From an uncultured Candidatus Marinamargulisbacteria bacterium (lineage in GTDB: Bacteria > Margulisbacteria > Riflemargulisbacteria > GWF2-35-9), in contig CAIWAN010000083.1 in NCBI GenBank assembly GCA_903910705.1, positions 1-60,357 on the forward strand: a stretch of 60,357 nucleotides of DNA. Reading direction: 5' to 3'. Position 1 is the stretch's first letter. Every line of letters begins with the position of its first letter. The translations under genes and the position numbers were made by a program. Below are positions 47,169 to 56,185 of the stretch, in pieces. The notes beneath the pieces are model-generated. The model had not been told where the DNA came from. It worked only from the letters and a program-made list of their open reading frames with translations, and did no database searches.

Positions 47169-48134
47169 TTATAAATTTATATTTTCAGACAAATGATCAA
47201 AACCCCGAGGAAGCGGTATTGTTTGCCCGGATTGGATTAAGTAATATTCTTGGGTTAACGTCATCGTACCGATCGCTGTCAGAGGGGTTTCAAAGGGCCA
47301 CTCAGATTGAAGCCTCTCGCTATTCACTTCGGAAACCGTAAACATCAATTCATAGTCTTCCCCCCCTCGCAGGGCACACTCGATAAGAGAGGCCGAAAGC
47401 AATCCCTCATAAGCGATTGAAGCCGGATGCAAAGGGATCGTGTCGGCATTAATCGTCACCCCACATTGACTTGACATGGCCAGATGACGGGCTTCGGACG
47501 CAACGCCATCACTGATGTCGATCATGCTTGAGGCGAAGTCTTTTAGGAAAACACCTTCCGCAACACGGGCCGTGGGTCGAGCCAGTCGTTCGAAAAGTTC
47601 ATCAGGGGGTTGTTTGCCGTTTTTCAGCAATAATCGGGCCACACAGGCGCTCCCGACATCGCCCGTTACCATAACGATATCCCCAACAGATGCACCCCCT
47701 CGATAGACGACTTTATTCGGTGATTCGCCCAATAGTGTCGCCGTTAACGATAAGGTCTGGCCGTGCGTAATATTCCCGCCCATTAAAGAGATGTGATGTT
47801 TTTGACAGATTGGCCGCATGCCCGCATACAGACGCGCTACCCATTCAGAGTCGGTCGCATCATCAAGCACTAGGGAAATATATAGAAAGGTCGGGGTGGC
47901 GCCCATCGAGGCCACATCGCTGACGTTGCTCATCAAAAATCGATGTCCGATCTGTTCGGGTGTAAACCAATCCTTTAAGAAATGATCGCCCTCGACCATG
48001 CTATCGGTCGTCAGAACCCGAAGTTGATCACCTTCTCGCCAAACTGCGCAATCATCACCAATGCCTTTAACAATATTGGACTGAAATAAAGGAAAATCGC
48101 GGGTTATATGATCGATGAGATTAAATTCATTCAC
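47169..48134 (-). CDS. thiL: thiamine-monophosphate kinase
   Basis: 'NEFNLIDHI', 'GIGDDCAV', 'TTDSMVEGDHF' and 'DISDG' are ThiL/AIR-synthase-family motifs. Preferred start is the GTG at 48134, overlapping the thiC stop (TAGTG). The ATG at 48170 would overlap thiC by 37 nt. Confidence 0.85.
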   Translation of the reverse strand: MNEFNLIDHITRDFPLFQSNIVKGIGDDCAVWREGDQLRVLTTDSMVEGDHFLKDWFTPEQIGHRFLMSNVSDVASMGATPTFLYISLVLDDATDSEWVARLYAGMRPICQKHHISLMGGNITHGQTLSLTATLLGESPNKVVYRGGASVGDIVMVTGDVGSACVARLLLKNGKQPPDELFERLARPTARVAEGVFLKDFASSMIDISDGVASEARHLAMSSQCGVTINADTIPLHPASIAYEGLLSASLIECALRGGEDYELMFTVSEVNSERLQSEWPFETPLTAIGTMTLTQEYYLIQSGQTIPLPRGFDHLSENINL

Positions 48135-49354
48135 TATTTTAAGGCACAAAACTCGCCACACATGGTACATGCATCGAGTCCGGCAGGGATGTTCTTTCGA
48201 TATTTATCGAATGAATCGGGATCAAGTGCCGTTGCTTTTTGAGTCGGCCAGTCCAATTTACCTCGTGCTTCTGACATCTTTCGATCACGATCCCAATCCT
48301 TGCCACGCGTCAAATCAACCGCATGAGCCGCGATCTTAAAGGCGATGATACCGTCCTTAACGTCCGCAAGGCTAGGCGAAGAAAGATGCTCAGAGGGGGT
48401 AACATAACAAAGAAAGTCCGCGCCGGCCATGCCCGCAATCGTCGCCCCAATGGCAGCGGTAATATGGTCATACCCTGCCCCAATGTCCGTTACCAATGGC
48501 CCTAAGATATAAAAAGGAGCCCCGAAGCAATACTCTTTTTGGAGTTGGACATTGAGCGCGATTTTATGGGCGGGAATGTGCCCCGGCCCCTCAACCATCG
48601 ATTGAACACCTGCCTCGCGACAACGAAGCACTAATTGGCCAATATTTTTGAGCTCTTGGATTTGTGCCTCATCGGTTTCGTCTATAATGGTCGCTGGTCG
48701 CATGCCATCACCCAAGGAGATGGTCATGTTATATCGCTTACAAACGTCAAGGATTTGATCAAAATGAGTAAAAAGAAAATTCTCTTTTTGAAACTTTTCC
48801 ATCCATCGGATCAACATCGATCCGCCGCGACTGGTGACTTTGATCAGACGGCTTTTAACCAGCTCTAAATGTTCCATTAATAGGCCTGCATGGATAACGA
48901 CAAAATCAACGCCATCTTTGCCATTCTCTTCTAAGATCTCAAGGAAGGGCTCGATCATGTTCTGCGGATAATCACTATGTCGAAAGAAAAGCTCGTATAA
49001 TGGAACCGTTCCCACCGGCATGGATGAGGCGGCGACAATTTCGCGACGGATTCGACGACTATCGTCACCCAGCGACAAGTCCATAATGCAATCAACATCG
49101 TATCGCTCGCAAAGTTTGACCTTTTCGAGTTCTGCTTCAAGGCTGCTGCACGCAGGCGACACCCCGATATTGGCGTTCATTTTGACCCTAAGTCCCTCAC
49201 CTACGGCCACAGGCTTTACATTGGAATGGATCGGATTAACCAAAATAACGTGTTTACCGCTTTGAATACCCGCCTTTATGGTGTCAACGGGGACGCCTTC
49301 TTTTTGGGCGACTTGTTCGATAATGGCGGGTGTTAATGCTTTTGGAATATTCAT
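48134..49354 (-). CDS. thiC: phosphomethylpyrimidine synthase (short-form ThiC)
   Basis: Radical-SAM ThiC C-terminus 'CTMCGEFCALK', 'EGPGHIP', 'GPLVTDIGAGYDHI'. Start set to 'MNIPKAL' (49354). The ORF extends to 49414. Confidence 0.9.
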   Translation of the reverse strand: MNIPKALTPAIIEQVAQKEGVPVDTIKAGIQSGKHVILVNPIHSNVKPVAVGEGLRVKMNANIGVSPACSSLEAELEKVKLCERYDVDCIMDLSLGDDSRRIRREIVAASSMPVGTVPLYELFFRHSDYPQNMIEPFLEILEENGKDGVDFVVIHAGLLMEHLELVKSRLIKVTSRGGSMLIRWMEKFQKENFLFTHFDQILDVCKRYNMTISLGDGMRPATIIDETDEAQIQELKNIGQLVLRCREAGVQSMVEGPGHIPAHKIALNVQLQKEYCFGAPFYILGPLVTDIGAGYDHITAAIGATIAGMAGADFLCYVTPSEHLSSPSLADVKDGIIAFKIAAHAVDLTRGKDWDRDRKMSEARGKLDWPTQKATALDPDSFDKYRKNIPAGLDACTMCGEFCALK

Positions 49355-49384
49355 GATGAACGGGGGTATGTTAGCATAAGTCGT

Positions 49385-50356
49385 ATGGATATTATAGTGC
49401 GTGTGATCGATCATTTAGGGGACGCAGGGGTCGGATGGCGTCTGGCTATAGCCCTTAAACGAAGTCGGCCACATGAAAATATTCGAATTATTACCGATTC
49501 GCTCGATATTTTCTCTTGGATAGTCTCTCCGGAAGAAAATGACCTCGTTGATATCCTATGTTTTGATGATCTGTCTCCTGATACTTTTGTTTTTTCGTCG
49601 GTCATTCTTGAGTCGCTTGGATGCCGCATACCCGATCCTTTTCGAGATATCGCTTATATCCAAGCCAAAACCATCCTTCATATTGAAGCGCTTTCTGCCG
49701 AACCATGGGTCGAGAATGTTCATGGGAAGGAATCCTTGCTGGGGACACCGGCTCGACGTTTTATCCTGAGTACAGGGTTTACGCCACGCACCTTAGGATT
49801 ATTGCCGGCGATACCACTATCCATGGACAGAGCGACTTTTATTCAGTCGTTTGACCTTCACTTTAATCCCAATTTGATCTGGATCGTTGTCTATACCTAT
49901 GACCTTGATCTTGTGACGTGGAAAGATGCAGCCAAAAAAATGGACATGGACATTGAATTCATTGTTTTAAAGGATATGCCTCGTATCCCTCAACGAGCGT
50001 TCGACACCCTTCTTTCGCTGAGCGACCTTAACATCGTTCGAGGAGAAGACTCCTTCGCCACCTCGCTGCAATGCGGCATTCCGACCCTTTGGCAGGCCTA
50101 TCGTCAAGACGATCAAGTCCATCACCAGAAAGTCGAAGCTTTTCTATCATGGGCAAATCAAGCCACAGGGGAATGGCCCAAAATTTGGTTGGATATGATG
50201 CGACGCATGAATGACATACTACCCCCACCCTCAATTAATGAAATTGTCAGTCTTCTCAAACAGTTGCCCCTTTTAAAACAAAAGGCCATGCAAATACAGC
50301 AAGCCTTGAGATCGTTGGGTAATTTTGCGGAGAATTTCATGAAAAGCCTCCCCTAA
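49385..50356 (+). CDS. earP: EarP-family EF-P arginine glycosyl(rhamnosyl)transferase
   Basis: N-terminal 'IIVRVIDHLGDAGVGWRLA' matches EarP 'DIFCRVVDNYGDIGVxWRLA' (both catalytic Asp present). 'NIVRGEDSF' matches the EarP donor-binding 'VRGEDSF'. 323 aa. Confidence 0.8.
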   Translation: MDIIVRVIDHLGDAGVGWRLAIALKRSRPHENIRIITDSLDIFSWIVSPEENDLVDILCFDDLSPDTFVFSSVILESLGCRIPDPFRDIAYIQAKTILHIEALSAEPWVENVHGKESLLGTPARRFILSTGFTPRTLGLLPAIPLSMDRATFIQSFDLHFNPNLIWIVVYTYDLDLVTWKDAAKKMDMDIEFIVLKDMPRIPQRAFDTLLSLSDLNIVRGEDSFATSLQCGIPTLWQAYRQDDQVHHQKVEAFLSWANQATGEWPKIWLDMMRRMNDILPPPSINEIVSLLKQLPLLKQKAMQIQQALRSLGNFAENFMKSLP

Positions 50357-50387
50357 CAGGGGAGGTGGCACGAAGTGCTGGTGGGGT
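50341..50387 (+). repeat. copy 1 of a ~46-nt double-hairpin repeat (overlaps the earP stop codon)
   Basis: GAAAAGCCTCCCCTAACAGGGGAGGTGGCACGAAGTGCTGGTGGGGT. Hairpin A is CCTCCCCT-AAC-AGGGGAGG and hairpin B is GGCAC-GAA-GTGCT. The earP TAA lies in the loop of hairpin A. Confidence 0.85.
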
Positions 50388-50436
50388 CATTAACGACATA
50401 ATCTGTCAGCAACCCCTCTGTCAGCAAAGCTGACAT

Positions 50437-50453
50437 CTCCCCTAACAGGGGAG
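50437..50453 (+). repeat. partial copy (hairpin A only) of the repeat
   Basis: CTCCCCTAACAGGGGAG. Preceded by the direct repeat CTGTCAGCAA x2 and the hairpin TGTCAGC-AAA-GCTGACA (50419..50435). Confidence 0.8.
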
Positions 50454-50515
50454 ACTATGATACGGAACAAAGAAAGAGTGCGAGTGCGACCGTGCCAACA
50501 GATCTTCACAATAAG

Positions 50516-50562
50516 GAAAAGCCTCCCCTAACAGGGGAGGTGGCGCGTAGCGCCGGTGGGGT
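50516..50562 (+). repeat. copy 2 of the ~46-nt double-hairpin repeat
   Basis: GAAAAGCCTCCCCTAACAGGGGAGGTGGCGCGTAGCGCCGGTGGGGT. Hairpin B here is GGCGC-GTA-GCGCC. It differs from copy 1 at 4 positions. Confidence 0.85.
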
Positions 50563-50578
50563 TTATAATACTCGGCAA

Positions 50579-51841
50579 ATGAACCAAACCATTCTTGATC
50601 TGATTTGTTATCTCCCCGCCAAATTGTATCTTCTCCTGACGCGTCTCCACGATCATATTAATCGACAGCGTTCTCGCAAACAGATGAGACTTGAGGGAAT
50701 GGACATCAAGATTGAGACAACTCTTTCGAAGAATATCAAAAAGAGAATCCTCTTCTATCATATTTCAGGTCTAAGTTTTGGGGGGACAGAAAAACATCTA
50801 CAAATCTTGGCAAAACATATCGATAAAACGGTTTTTGATGTTTTTTTTCTTTATTCACCAAAGTCAACAGGGGATAATAACGATCGCTCCAACTATTTCA
50901 AGCAGTCTGGTGTTACGCTGATCCCCTTTAACTACGATTACGTTGAGAAAGAATATCCCTACATCGTCCATGGTACTGACCCGAGTATTTTCGAGGTTAT
51001 TCGTCGGTTTCATATTGATTTAATGGTGACAGCCGATGCAGGGTACGCGCATTTCCCTATCAACCTAATCCAAGATATTCCCATTGTTTTGATCAATGTC
51101 TTTGGGGCCATCCATAATCAAGACAATATTATGGCCAATATTGGCGTATCAAAAATGATCACGAATAAAATTTGCCCTTTTGTTCCCCAAAATAAGCTAT
51201 ATAGGATGTATGTTCCTTCCGAAGGTCCTGATGTAGGGGCAAAAGAACGGGGACTTGCCCTTCGACATCAACTCAACATCAAGGATACGGATATGGTATT
51301 TGGCCGGATCGGTCGTGCCAGTGATAGCATTTTTGACCCTATTGGGATTCGGGCCTTTAAACGCTTAGTCGCGGAAGATGCAACCGTTCATTACCTCATT
51401 ATGTCCCCTCCTCCTGCCCTTGAAAAAATAGTTAAAGACGACGCAATCCCCAATATTCATTTTCTTGCCCCCACGTCAAAGGAAAGCGAAGTCTGGGCTT
51501 TTCATAACGCCATTGATGCCCTTGCTCATTTCAGAAAAGATGGGGAAACCTTTGGCCTCAATATTGCAGAGGCGATGTTATGTGGAAAGCCCATTTTGAC
51601 CCATATTTCGAAGGTGGATAACGCCCATTTGGAATATTTAGAGCCTGCCTTTAGCCGGGTGGCATCGGTTGATAGCGTTACCGAGTATTACCAAAACATG
51701 AAATCGTTTACCCAGTATAAAATTGATGGAACGTTAATAGAAATGGGCAAACTGGCTAAAATTCAGGCGGACAAACTTTTCTTGATCAACACGGCGATCA
51801 TTCAATTTGAGACGATTCTTCGTCCCCTGCTTAAACCTTAG
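50579..51841 (+). CDS. GT4-family (GT-B fold) glycosyltransferase
   Basis: 'ILFYHISGLSFGGTEKH' N-terminus and the 'GETFGLNIAEAMLCGKPIL' EX7E-type motif. The start is uncertain (Met at 50579, 50684 or 50699). The ORF's 5' part (50492..50578) lies within the repeat element and is probably not coding. Confidence 0.75.
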   Translation: MNQTILDLICYLPAKLYLLLTRLHDHINRQRSRKQMRLEGMDIKIETTLSKNIKKRILFYHISGLSFGGTEKHLQILAKHIDKTVFDVFFLYSPKSTGDNNDRSNYFKQSGVTLIPFNYDYVEKEYPYIVHGTDPSIFEVIRRFHIDLMVTADAGYAHFPINLIQDIPIVLINVFGAIHNQDNIMANIGVSKMITNKICPFVPQNKLYRMYVPSEGPDVGAKERGLALRHQLNIKDTDMVFGRIGRASDSIFDPIGIRAFKRLVAEDATVHYLIMSPPPALEKIVKDDAIPNIHFLAPTSKESEVWAFHNAIDALAHFRKDGETFGLNIAEAMLCGKPILTHISKVDNAHLEYLEPAFSRVASVDSVTEYYQNMKSFTQYKIDGTLIEMGKLAKIQADKLFLINTAIIQFETILRPLLKP

Positions 51842-51846
51842 ATTTC

Positions 51847-52599
51847 TCAAAGTTTCTTATATTTATTCAAATCCCCTTGGGTCGTCGTGGGTTGAGCTAA
51901 ATCTTTTAAATTATCCATTGATTCAAGTTCGTTTAAAAGCTTAACATTATTTTCATAATTCGCATGCTTATTTTTATCAAATTTTGTCCGTGAATGGTGT
52001 AAATGATGACAGGTGTAAGGAAGCACAACCGTTTTTTTGTTTAGTCTTTTCAACTTCACGGAAACCGCGTCATCTTCGGCTCCCCACCCACGAAAACGTT
52101 CATCCCAACCCCCGATATCTTTGAGACATTTACGAGTAAATGCAACAATGCCACTACAAAAACACGCGAATTGACGACGTCGAAAGGGAAAACTGGCGAA
52201 AAATCGGGAAACGGAATAAAGCATTGTTTGAAAGCGTGTCAGATCGATCAATCTCGTAAAAGGTTTAACACTTTCAACGCCTGACTTTAATAGATCGATC
52301 GCTTTTTGCAAAGCTTCTAAAGGTAGGATCATGTCATTATCTCCACAAAAAATCAAATCATGGGTTGCCGCGTTAATGCCGATATTAACTGCCCACGATT
52401 TATTAAAGATACCATCATTAAAGGCAAAAATATAGTTGGCCCCTTTCAATTCGACTTGTTCTTGAACACGGGGCTCGCTATCTTGTTCAACCACAATAAC
52501 CTCAAAACCAAGAGGCATAAGCCAATCAAGCACAAGACTTAAATTCCTGTCTCGACTTCCCTTGTCCGATCGATGGGTAATAATATAGCTTACGTTCAT
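51847..52599 (-). CDS. GT-A fold glycosyltransferase (GT2 / beta-1,4-galactosyltransferase-like)
   Basis: 'VSYIITHR' start, DxD-like 'CGDNDMIL', and 'GWGAEDDAVSVKL', which resembles the galactosyltransferase C-terminal 'GWGGEDDD' motif. Confidence 0.65.
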   Translation of the reverse strand: MNVSYIITHRSDKGSRDRNLSLVLDWLMPLGFEVIVVEQDSEPRVQEQVELKGANYIFAFNDGIFNKSWAVNIGINAATHDLIFCGDNDMILPLEALQKAIDLLKSGVESVKPFTRLIDLTRFQTMLYSVSRFFASFPFRRRQFACFCSGIVAFTRKCLKDIGGWDERFRGWGAEDDAVSVKLKRLNKKTVVLPYTCHHLHHSRTKFDKNKHANYENNVKLLNELESMDNLKDLAQPTTTQGDLNKYKKL

Positions 52600-53499
52600 C
52601 TACACTTTACCCTGAATGATTTTCCAGATGATCTCCATCGGGTTATAGTCATTTAGCGCCTTACCTTTCGCTCGTTTAATAGCCGGTAGTCGCTGCTCCC
52701 AAAGTTTATCTTTGATCGATCTTGATATAATGTCTAAAGAAGCTGCTGGTTGCGTTATATCGATCTTAACATAGGACTCTGGGTCAAAGAAATCGTTCAT
52801 ATTCGTACAGCCATCATAAAAAATAAGCGATTCAAAAAATAGCGCATCCAAAAATTTCTCTGTAAAATATCCCTGCTCAAAATCATTTTCACAGTTAAAG
52901 TGATACCTATAGGGAATAATGCCATCTTCTTTATGCTCTAGCGGTCCAAGAAAGTGCTTCATCTGTGAAAAATCACCTCGGCCAAAATGATCGTAGCCTT
53001 CTAAATTATTTAGCTCTCGAACCATGTTAAGACGAAGTTTATGTCCCATTAATGCATCATTACCTGACACGATACCACTCATCAATTTGGTCTTATTTTT
53101 GCTAAAATCAGTCTTCGCTATATCCGCATATGTCCTCGAATGGAACCATTTATCTACGCTATGGTATTGATTCGTATCGTAAACAAAAAAATAATTTTCC
53201 CCAGGATTAAACCCAAACAAGGTATAGGCCTTTTTTCGAATATGGTCTCGTGTCGTTTTTGTTTCAGCGTTTAAGACAATTGTTTTCTTCGGATCATAAA
53301 AAGGATGTCGAGGAAAATTGAAGATGACAAAGAAATCATAATGATTACTGAGAGTAAGTTCGATATCTTTCCAGATATAGTCACCCTGTGGACAGCATCG
53401 ATTAAGATGTTGCCTGAGCGTCACATCATCACACCAGTTGGTGTGCGCTTTGACTTTAATGCGATTCAATGGAGTCGAGGACCTTTGTCCATGTGTCAT
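52600..53499 (-). CDS. GT10-like (alpha-1,3/4-fucosyltransferase-like) glycosyltransferase
   Basis: 'YRYHFNCENDFEQGYFTEKFLDALFFESLIFYDG' aligns to the GT10 signature 'YKFxLAFENSxxxGYVTEKxxDAxxxxxIPIYWG'. The rest of the protein was not assignable by eye. Confidence 0.6.
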   Translation of the reverse strand: MTHGQRSSTPLNRIKVKAHTNWCDDVTLRQHLNRCCPQGDYIWKDIELTLSNHYDFFVIFNFPRHPFYDPKKTIVLNAETKTTRDHIRKKAYTLFGFNPGENYFFVYDTNQYHSVDKWFHSRTYADIAKTDFSKNKTKLMSGIVSGNDALMGHKLRLNMVRELNNLEGYDHFGRGDFSQMKHFLGPLEHKEDGIIPYRYHFNCENDFEQGYFTEKFLDALFFESLIFYDGCTNMNDFFDPESYVKIDITQPAASLDIISRSIKDKLWEQRLPAIKRAKGKALNDYNPMEIIWKIIQGKV

Positions 53500-54385
53500 A
53501 ATTCGACGTTAATCCAAACGATTTTGAATCCACGACAGTATAGATGAAATGTTTATACTCCATACAGAATTTGGAATACGGTTCCACTTTTTTACCAAGG
53601 ATTTTAGCGAGAAACAAGATGAAATCAATGAAGATAGGGATTTTGATAAAGACTTTATATCCATAATATTTGGCTGTCTCATTAACAAGTGCATCCAACG
53701 TCGTCGCCGGATTGCCCAACACATAATCGGTTTGCGTCGCCTCATGAGTAAGCAAATATAGGGTTATCTTTGCGATATCATCCGCATGGATAAAATGGAA
53801 TGACCCTTCAATCGAAATAAACCTCGCCCATTTAATAAATGAACGGGCGGTTTTGAGCCCTTCCCCAATATGGGAATACTGATGTTTGCTATCCCCCGAA
53901 AGCACCATGGTTGGAAATAACGTGATGATCTTGTTGTGAAGAGGATGGTCTTTTAAGGTAACGTACAGATCATATTTGCTTTTGATATAGCCGGTTCCAT
54001 ATTGGTTGGCCTCTGGGAGCAACTGATTGCCCCGCCCCAAAACAGATGCGGTTGAAAAAATGATGATCTTTTCAATAATCTTTGGGTTAACATAGGACAG
54101 CATTTCAAGAGTTTGCTTTCGATTCACCGAGTTATCATCGTCGTTTCTATCCACCCAATTTGTTGCCAAATGAAGGATACTCTCACATTTAAAAATAATA
54201 TCTTTATGTTCTGAAATGGTTTCGAGCGTACCCATTACCAGATGAATGTTTTTTGCTGCTTTGACCTCAGGGGCTAATTTTTCAGGTTTTGAGATAAGGG
54301 CATAAACCTCAAAATTAGTTTTAACAAGGTGATCCGCTAAATATGATCCGACTGCGCCAGTTAGTCCCGTAACAAATATATTCAT
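53456..54385 (-). CDS. NAD(P)-dependent epimerase/dehydratase-family (extended SDR) protein
   Basis: Rossmann 'IFVTGLTGAVGSYL' and catalytic YxxxK 'YIKSK'. Start trimmed to 'MNIFVTG' (54385). The 3' end overlaps the GT10-like start by 44 nt. Confidence 0.75.
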   Translation of the reverse strand: MNIFVTGLTGAVGSYLADHLVKTNFEVYALISKPEKLAPEVKAAKNIHLVMGTLETISEHKDIIFKCESILHLATNWVDRNDDDNSVNRKQTLEMLSYVNPKIIEKIIIFSTASVLGRGNQLLPEANQYGTGYIKSKYDLYVTLKDHPLHNKIITLFPTMVLSGDSKHQYSHIGEGLKTARSFIKWARFISIEGSFHFIHADDIAKITLYLLTHEATQTDYVLGNPATTLDALVNETAKYYGYKVFIKIPIFIDFILFLAKILGKKVEPYSKFCMEYKHFIYTVVDSKSFGLTSNYDTWTKVLDSIESH

Positions 54386-54407
54386 GATGCAGTATATATT
54401 ATCATAT

Positions 54408-54437
54408 TTGTCACAATTGCTGTGCATTTGGTACAAT
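54408..54437 (+). promoter_or_regulatory. sigma70-like promoter TTGTCA-18 nt-TACAAT upstream of efp
   Basis: TTGTCA at 54408..54413 and TACAAT at 54432..54437. AAGGAG RBS at 54457..54462, ATG at 54471. Confidence 0.4.
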
Positions 54438-54470
54438 ACGCAAACAGTTCGCAACAAAGGAGTCTTTATT

Positions 54471-55037
54471 ATGAAGTTTGCAAATGAAGTTCGTGCCGGA
54501 AATATTATTAAAGTGGGTCGAGACTTGTGGCTCGTATTGAAAGCCGATTATTATCGTGCTGCCCGCAAAGAAGCCACGGTTGAAATGAAACTGAAAAACA
54601 TTGATACAGGCAACACCACCGCGACCGTTTACAAACTGGATGACAAACTCGACGAAGTCCGTTTGGATAAGAAACCGATCCAATTCCTTTATAAGGTTAA
54701 TGACACGTATAGCTTTATGGATCAAGAGAATTTTGAGCAGTTTGATATTAACAAAGAAGACCTGGGAAACAGCATCTATTTTATTAAAGAAGATGACATG
54801 CTGGATATGATGTTCTATGAAGGTCGTCCGCTCAATGTCGAATTGCCTAACGCTATTGATCTAAAAATCACCTATACCGAGAATGGTGTTCGCGGTGACA
54901 CCTCGGGCAAGGTGATGAAGCCCGCCACGCTCGAAACAGGCCTTGAGGTATCCGTTCCGATGTTTTGTGATATCGACGATGTCATTCGTGTTGATACGGC
55001 CACATTAGAATATAAAGAACGCGTCAAAGGCAAGTAA
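54471..55037 (+). CDS. efp: elongation factor P (Arg32, EarP-type)
   Basis: 188 aa. The C-terminus '[51 protein letters not shown]' is close to Pseudomonas-type EF-P. Residue 32 is Arg, within 'YYRAARKEA'. Start trimmed to the ATG behind the AAGGAG RBS. Confidence 0.92.
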   Translation: MKFANEVRAGNIIKVGRDLWLVLKADYYRAARKEATVEMKLKNIDTGNTTATVYKLDDKLDEVRLDKKPIQFLYKVNDTYSFMDQENFEQFDINKEDLGNSIYFIKEDDMLDMMFYEGRPLNVELPNAIDLKITYTENGVRGDTSGKVMKPATLETGLEVSVPMFCDIDDVIRVDTATLEYKERVKGK

Positions 55038-56185
55038 TGTCTGGCAAAGTAGCCCTCATCACCGGCATCACCGGACAAGATGGTGCTTATTTGGCCGAGT
55101 TATTGCTGAGCAAGGGCTATACGGTTCATGGTTTAAAGCGTCGGGCGTCTCTTTTTAATACGGAGCGGATCGATCATCTTTATCAAGACCCCCACGAGAA
55201 AGCTGTTAAGCTTCATCTTCACTACAGCGATCTAACCGATAGCACCAATTTGATTCGTATCATTCAAGAAGTTCAGCCCGATGAGATCTACAATTTAGCG
55301 GCCATGAGTCATGTCCATGTCAGTTTTGATACGCCTGAATACACAGGAAATGCAGATGGACTCGGTACCCTTCGTCTACTTGAAGCGATCCGTTTACTGG
55401 GTTTGACTAAAAAGACGCGGATATATCAAGCATCGACCAGTGAGCTTTACGGAAAGGTACAAGAGATCCCTCAAAAGGAAACAACCCCTTTTTACCCTCG
55501 AAGCCCCTATGCCGTTGCAAAGATGTATGCCTACTGGATAACCGTAAATTACCGCGAAGCCTATAACATGTTTGCCTGTAATGGCATTCTTTTTAACCAT
55601 GAGAGTCCTCTTCGAGGTGAAACGTTTGTCACCCGAAAGATCACCCGTGCGATCGCTAATATCGCCATCGGAGTGGAACATAAATTATTTCTCGGCAACC
55701 TCGATTCCAAACGAGATTGGGGACACGCCAAAGACTATGTTGAAGCCATGTGGTTGATCTTGCAACAAGATAAACCTGATGATTTTGTTATCGCTACGGG
55801 GGTCACTACGCCCGTTCGCGACTTTGTTAGCAAAGCTTTTCAGCATATTGGAGTGACCCTTTCGTTCTCAGGAAAAGGTGAACATGAAAAGGGAATCATC
55901 GATATTATCGATAAAAAAAGGTTCGAATCGATAACAGGCATCGAGGGTCTCAATATGAAAAAGGGCGATGTCGTTGTTGAAGTTGATAAACGATATTTTC
56001 GTCCCACCGAAGTTGACCTGCTTATTGGCGATGCGACCAAGGCAAAGACGGTTCTGGGATGGACGCCGAAGATCGCGCTTGATCAACTGATCGTTGAAAT
56101 GGTGGACACTGATATTTTGGCGGTCCGCAAAAAACAGGTTCTCAAAACCCATGGATATGAGATATTAAATCAATGGGGCGTCTAG
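55037..56185 (+). CDS. gmd: GDP-mannose 4,6-dehydratase
   Basis: '[27 protein letters not shown]', '[10 protein letters not shown]', '[17 protein letters not shown]'. Its start overlaps the efp stop (TAATG). Confidence 0.93.
   Translation: MSGKVALITGITGQDGAYLAELLLSKGYTVHGLKRRASLFNTERIDHLYQDPHEKAVKLHLHYSDLTDSTNLIRIIQEVQPDEIYNLAAMSHVHVSFDTPEYTGNADGLGTLRLLEAIRLLGLTKKTRIYQASTSELYGKVQEIPQKETTPFYPRSPYAVAKMYAYWITVNYREAYNMFACNGILFNHESPLRGETFVTRKITRAIANIAIGVEHKLFLGNLDSKRDWGHAKDYVEAMWLILQQDKPDDFVIATGVTTPVRDFVSKAFQHIGVTLSFSGKGEHEKGIIDIIDKKRFESITGIEGLNMKKGDVVVEVDKRYFRPTEVDLLIGDATKAKTVLGWTPKIALDQLIVEMVDTDILAVRKKQVLKTHGYEILNQWGV

Noticed and set aside
49411-49629. 72-aa minus-strand ORF upstream of thiC, considered as a possible leader peptide.
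   Set aside because: It lies antisense within the well-supported earP N-terminus and shows no leader-peptide features.
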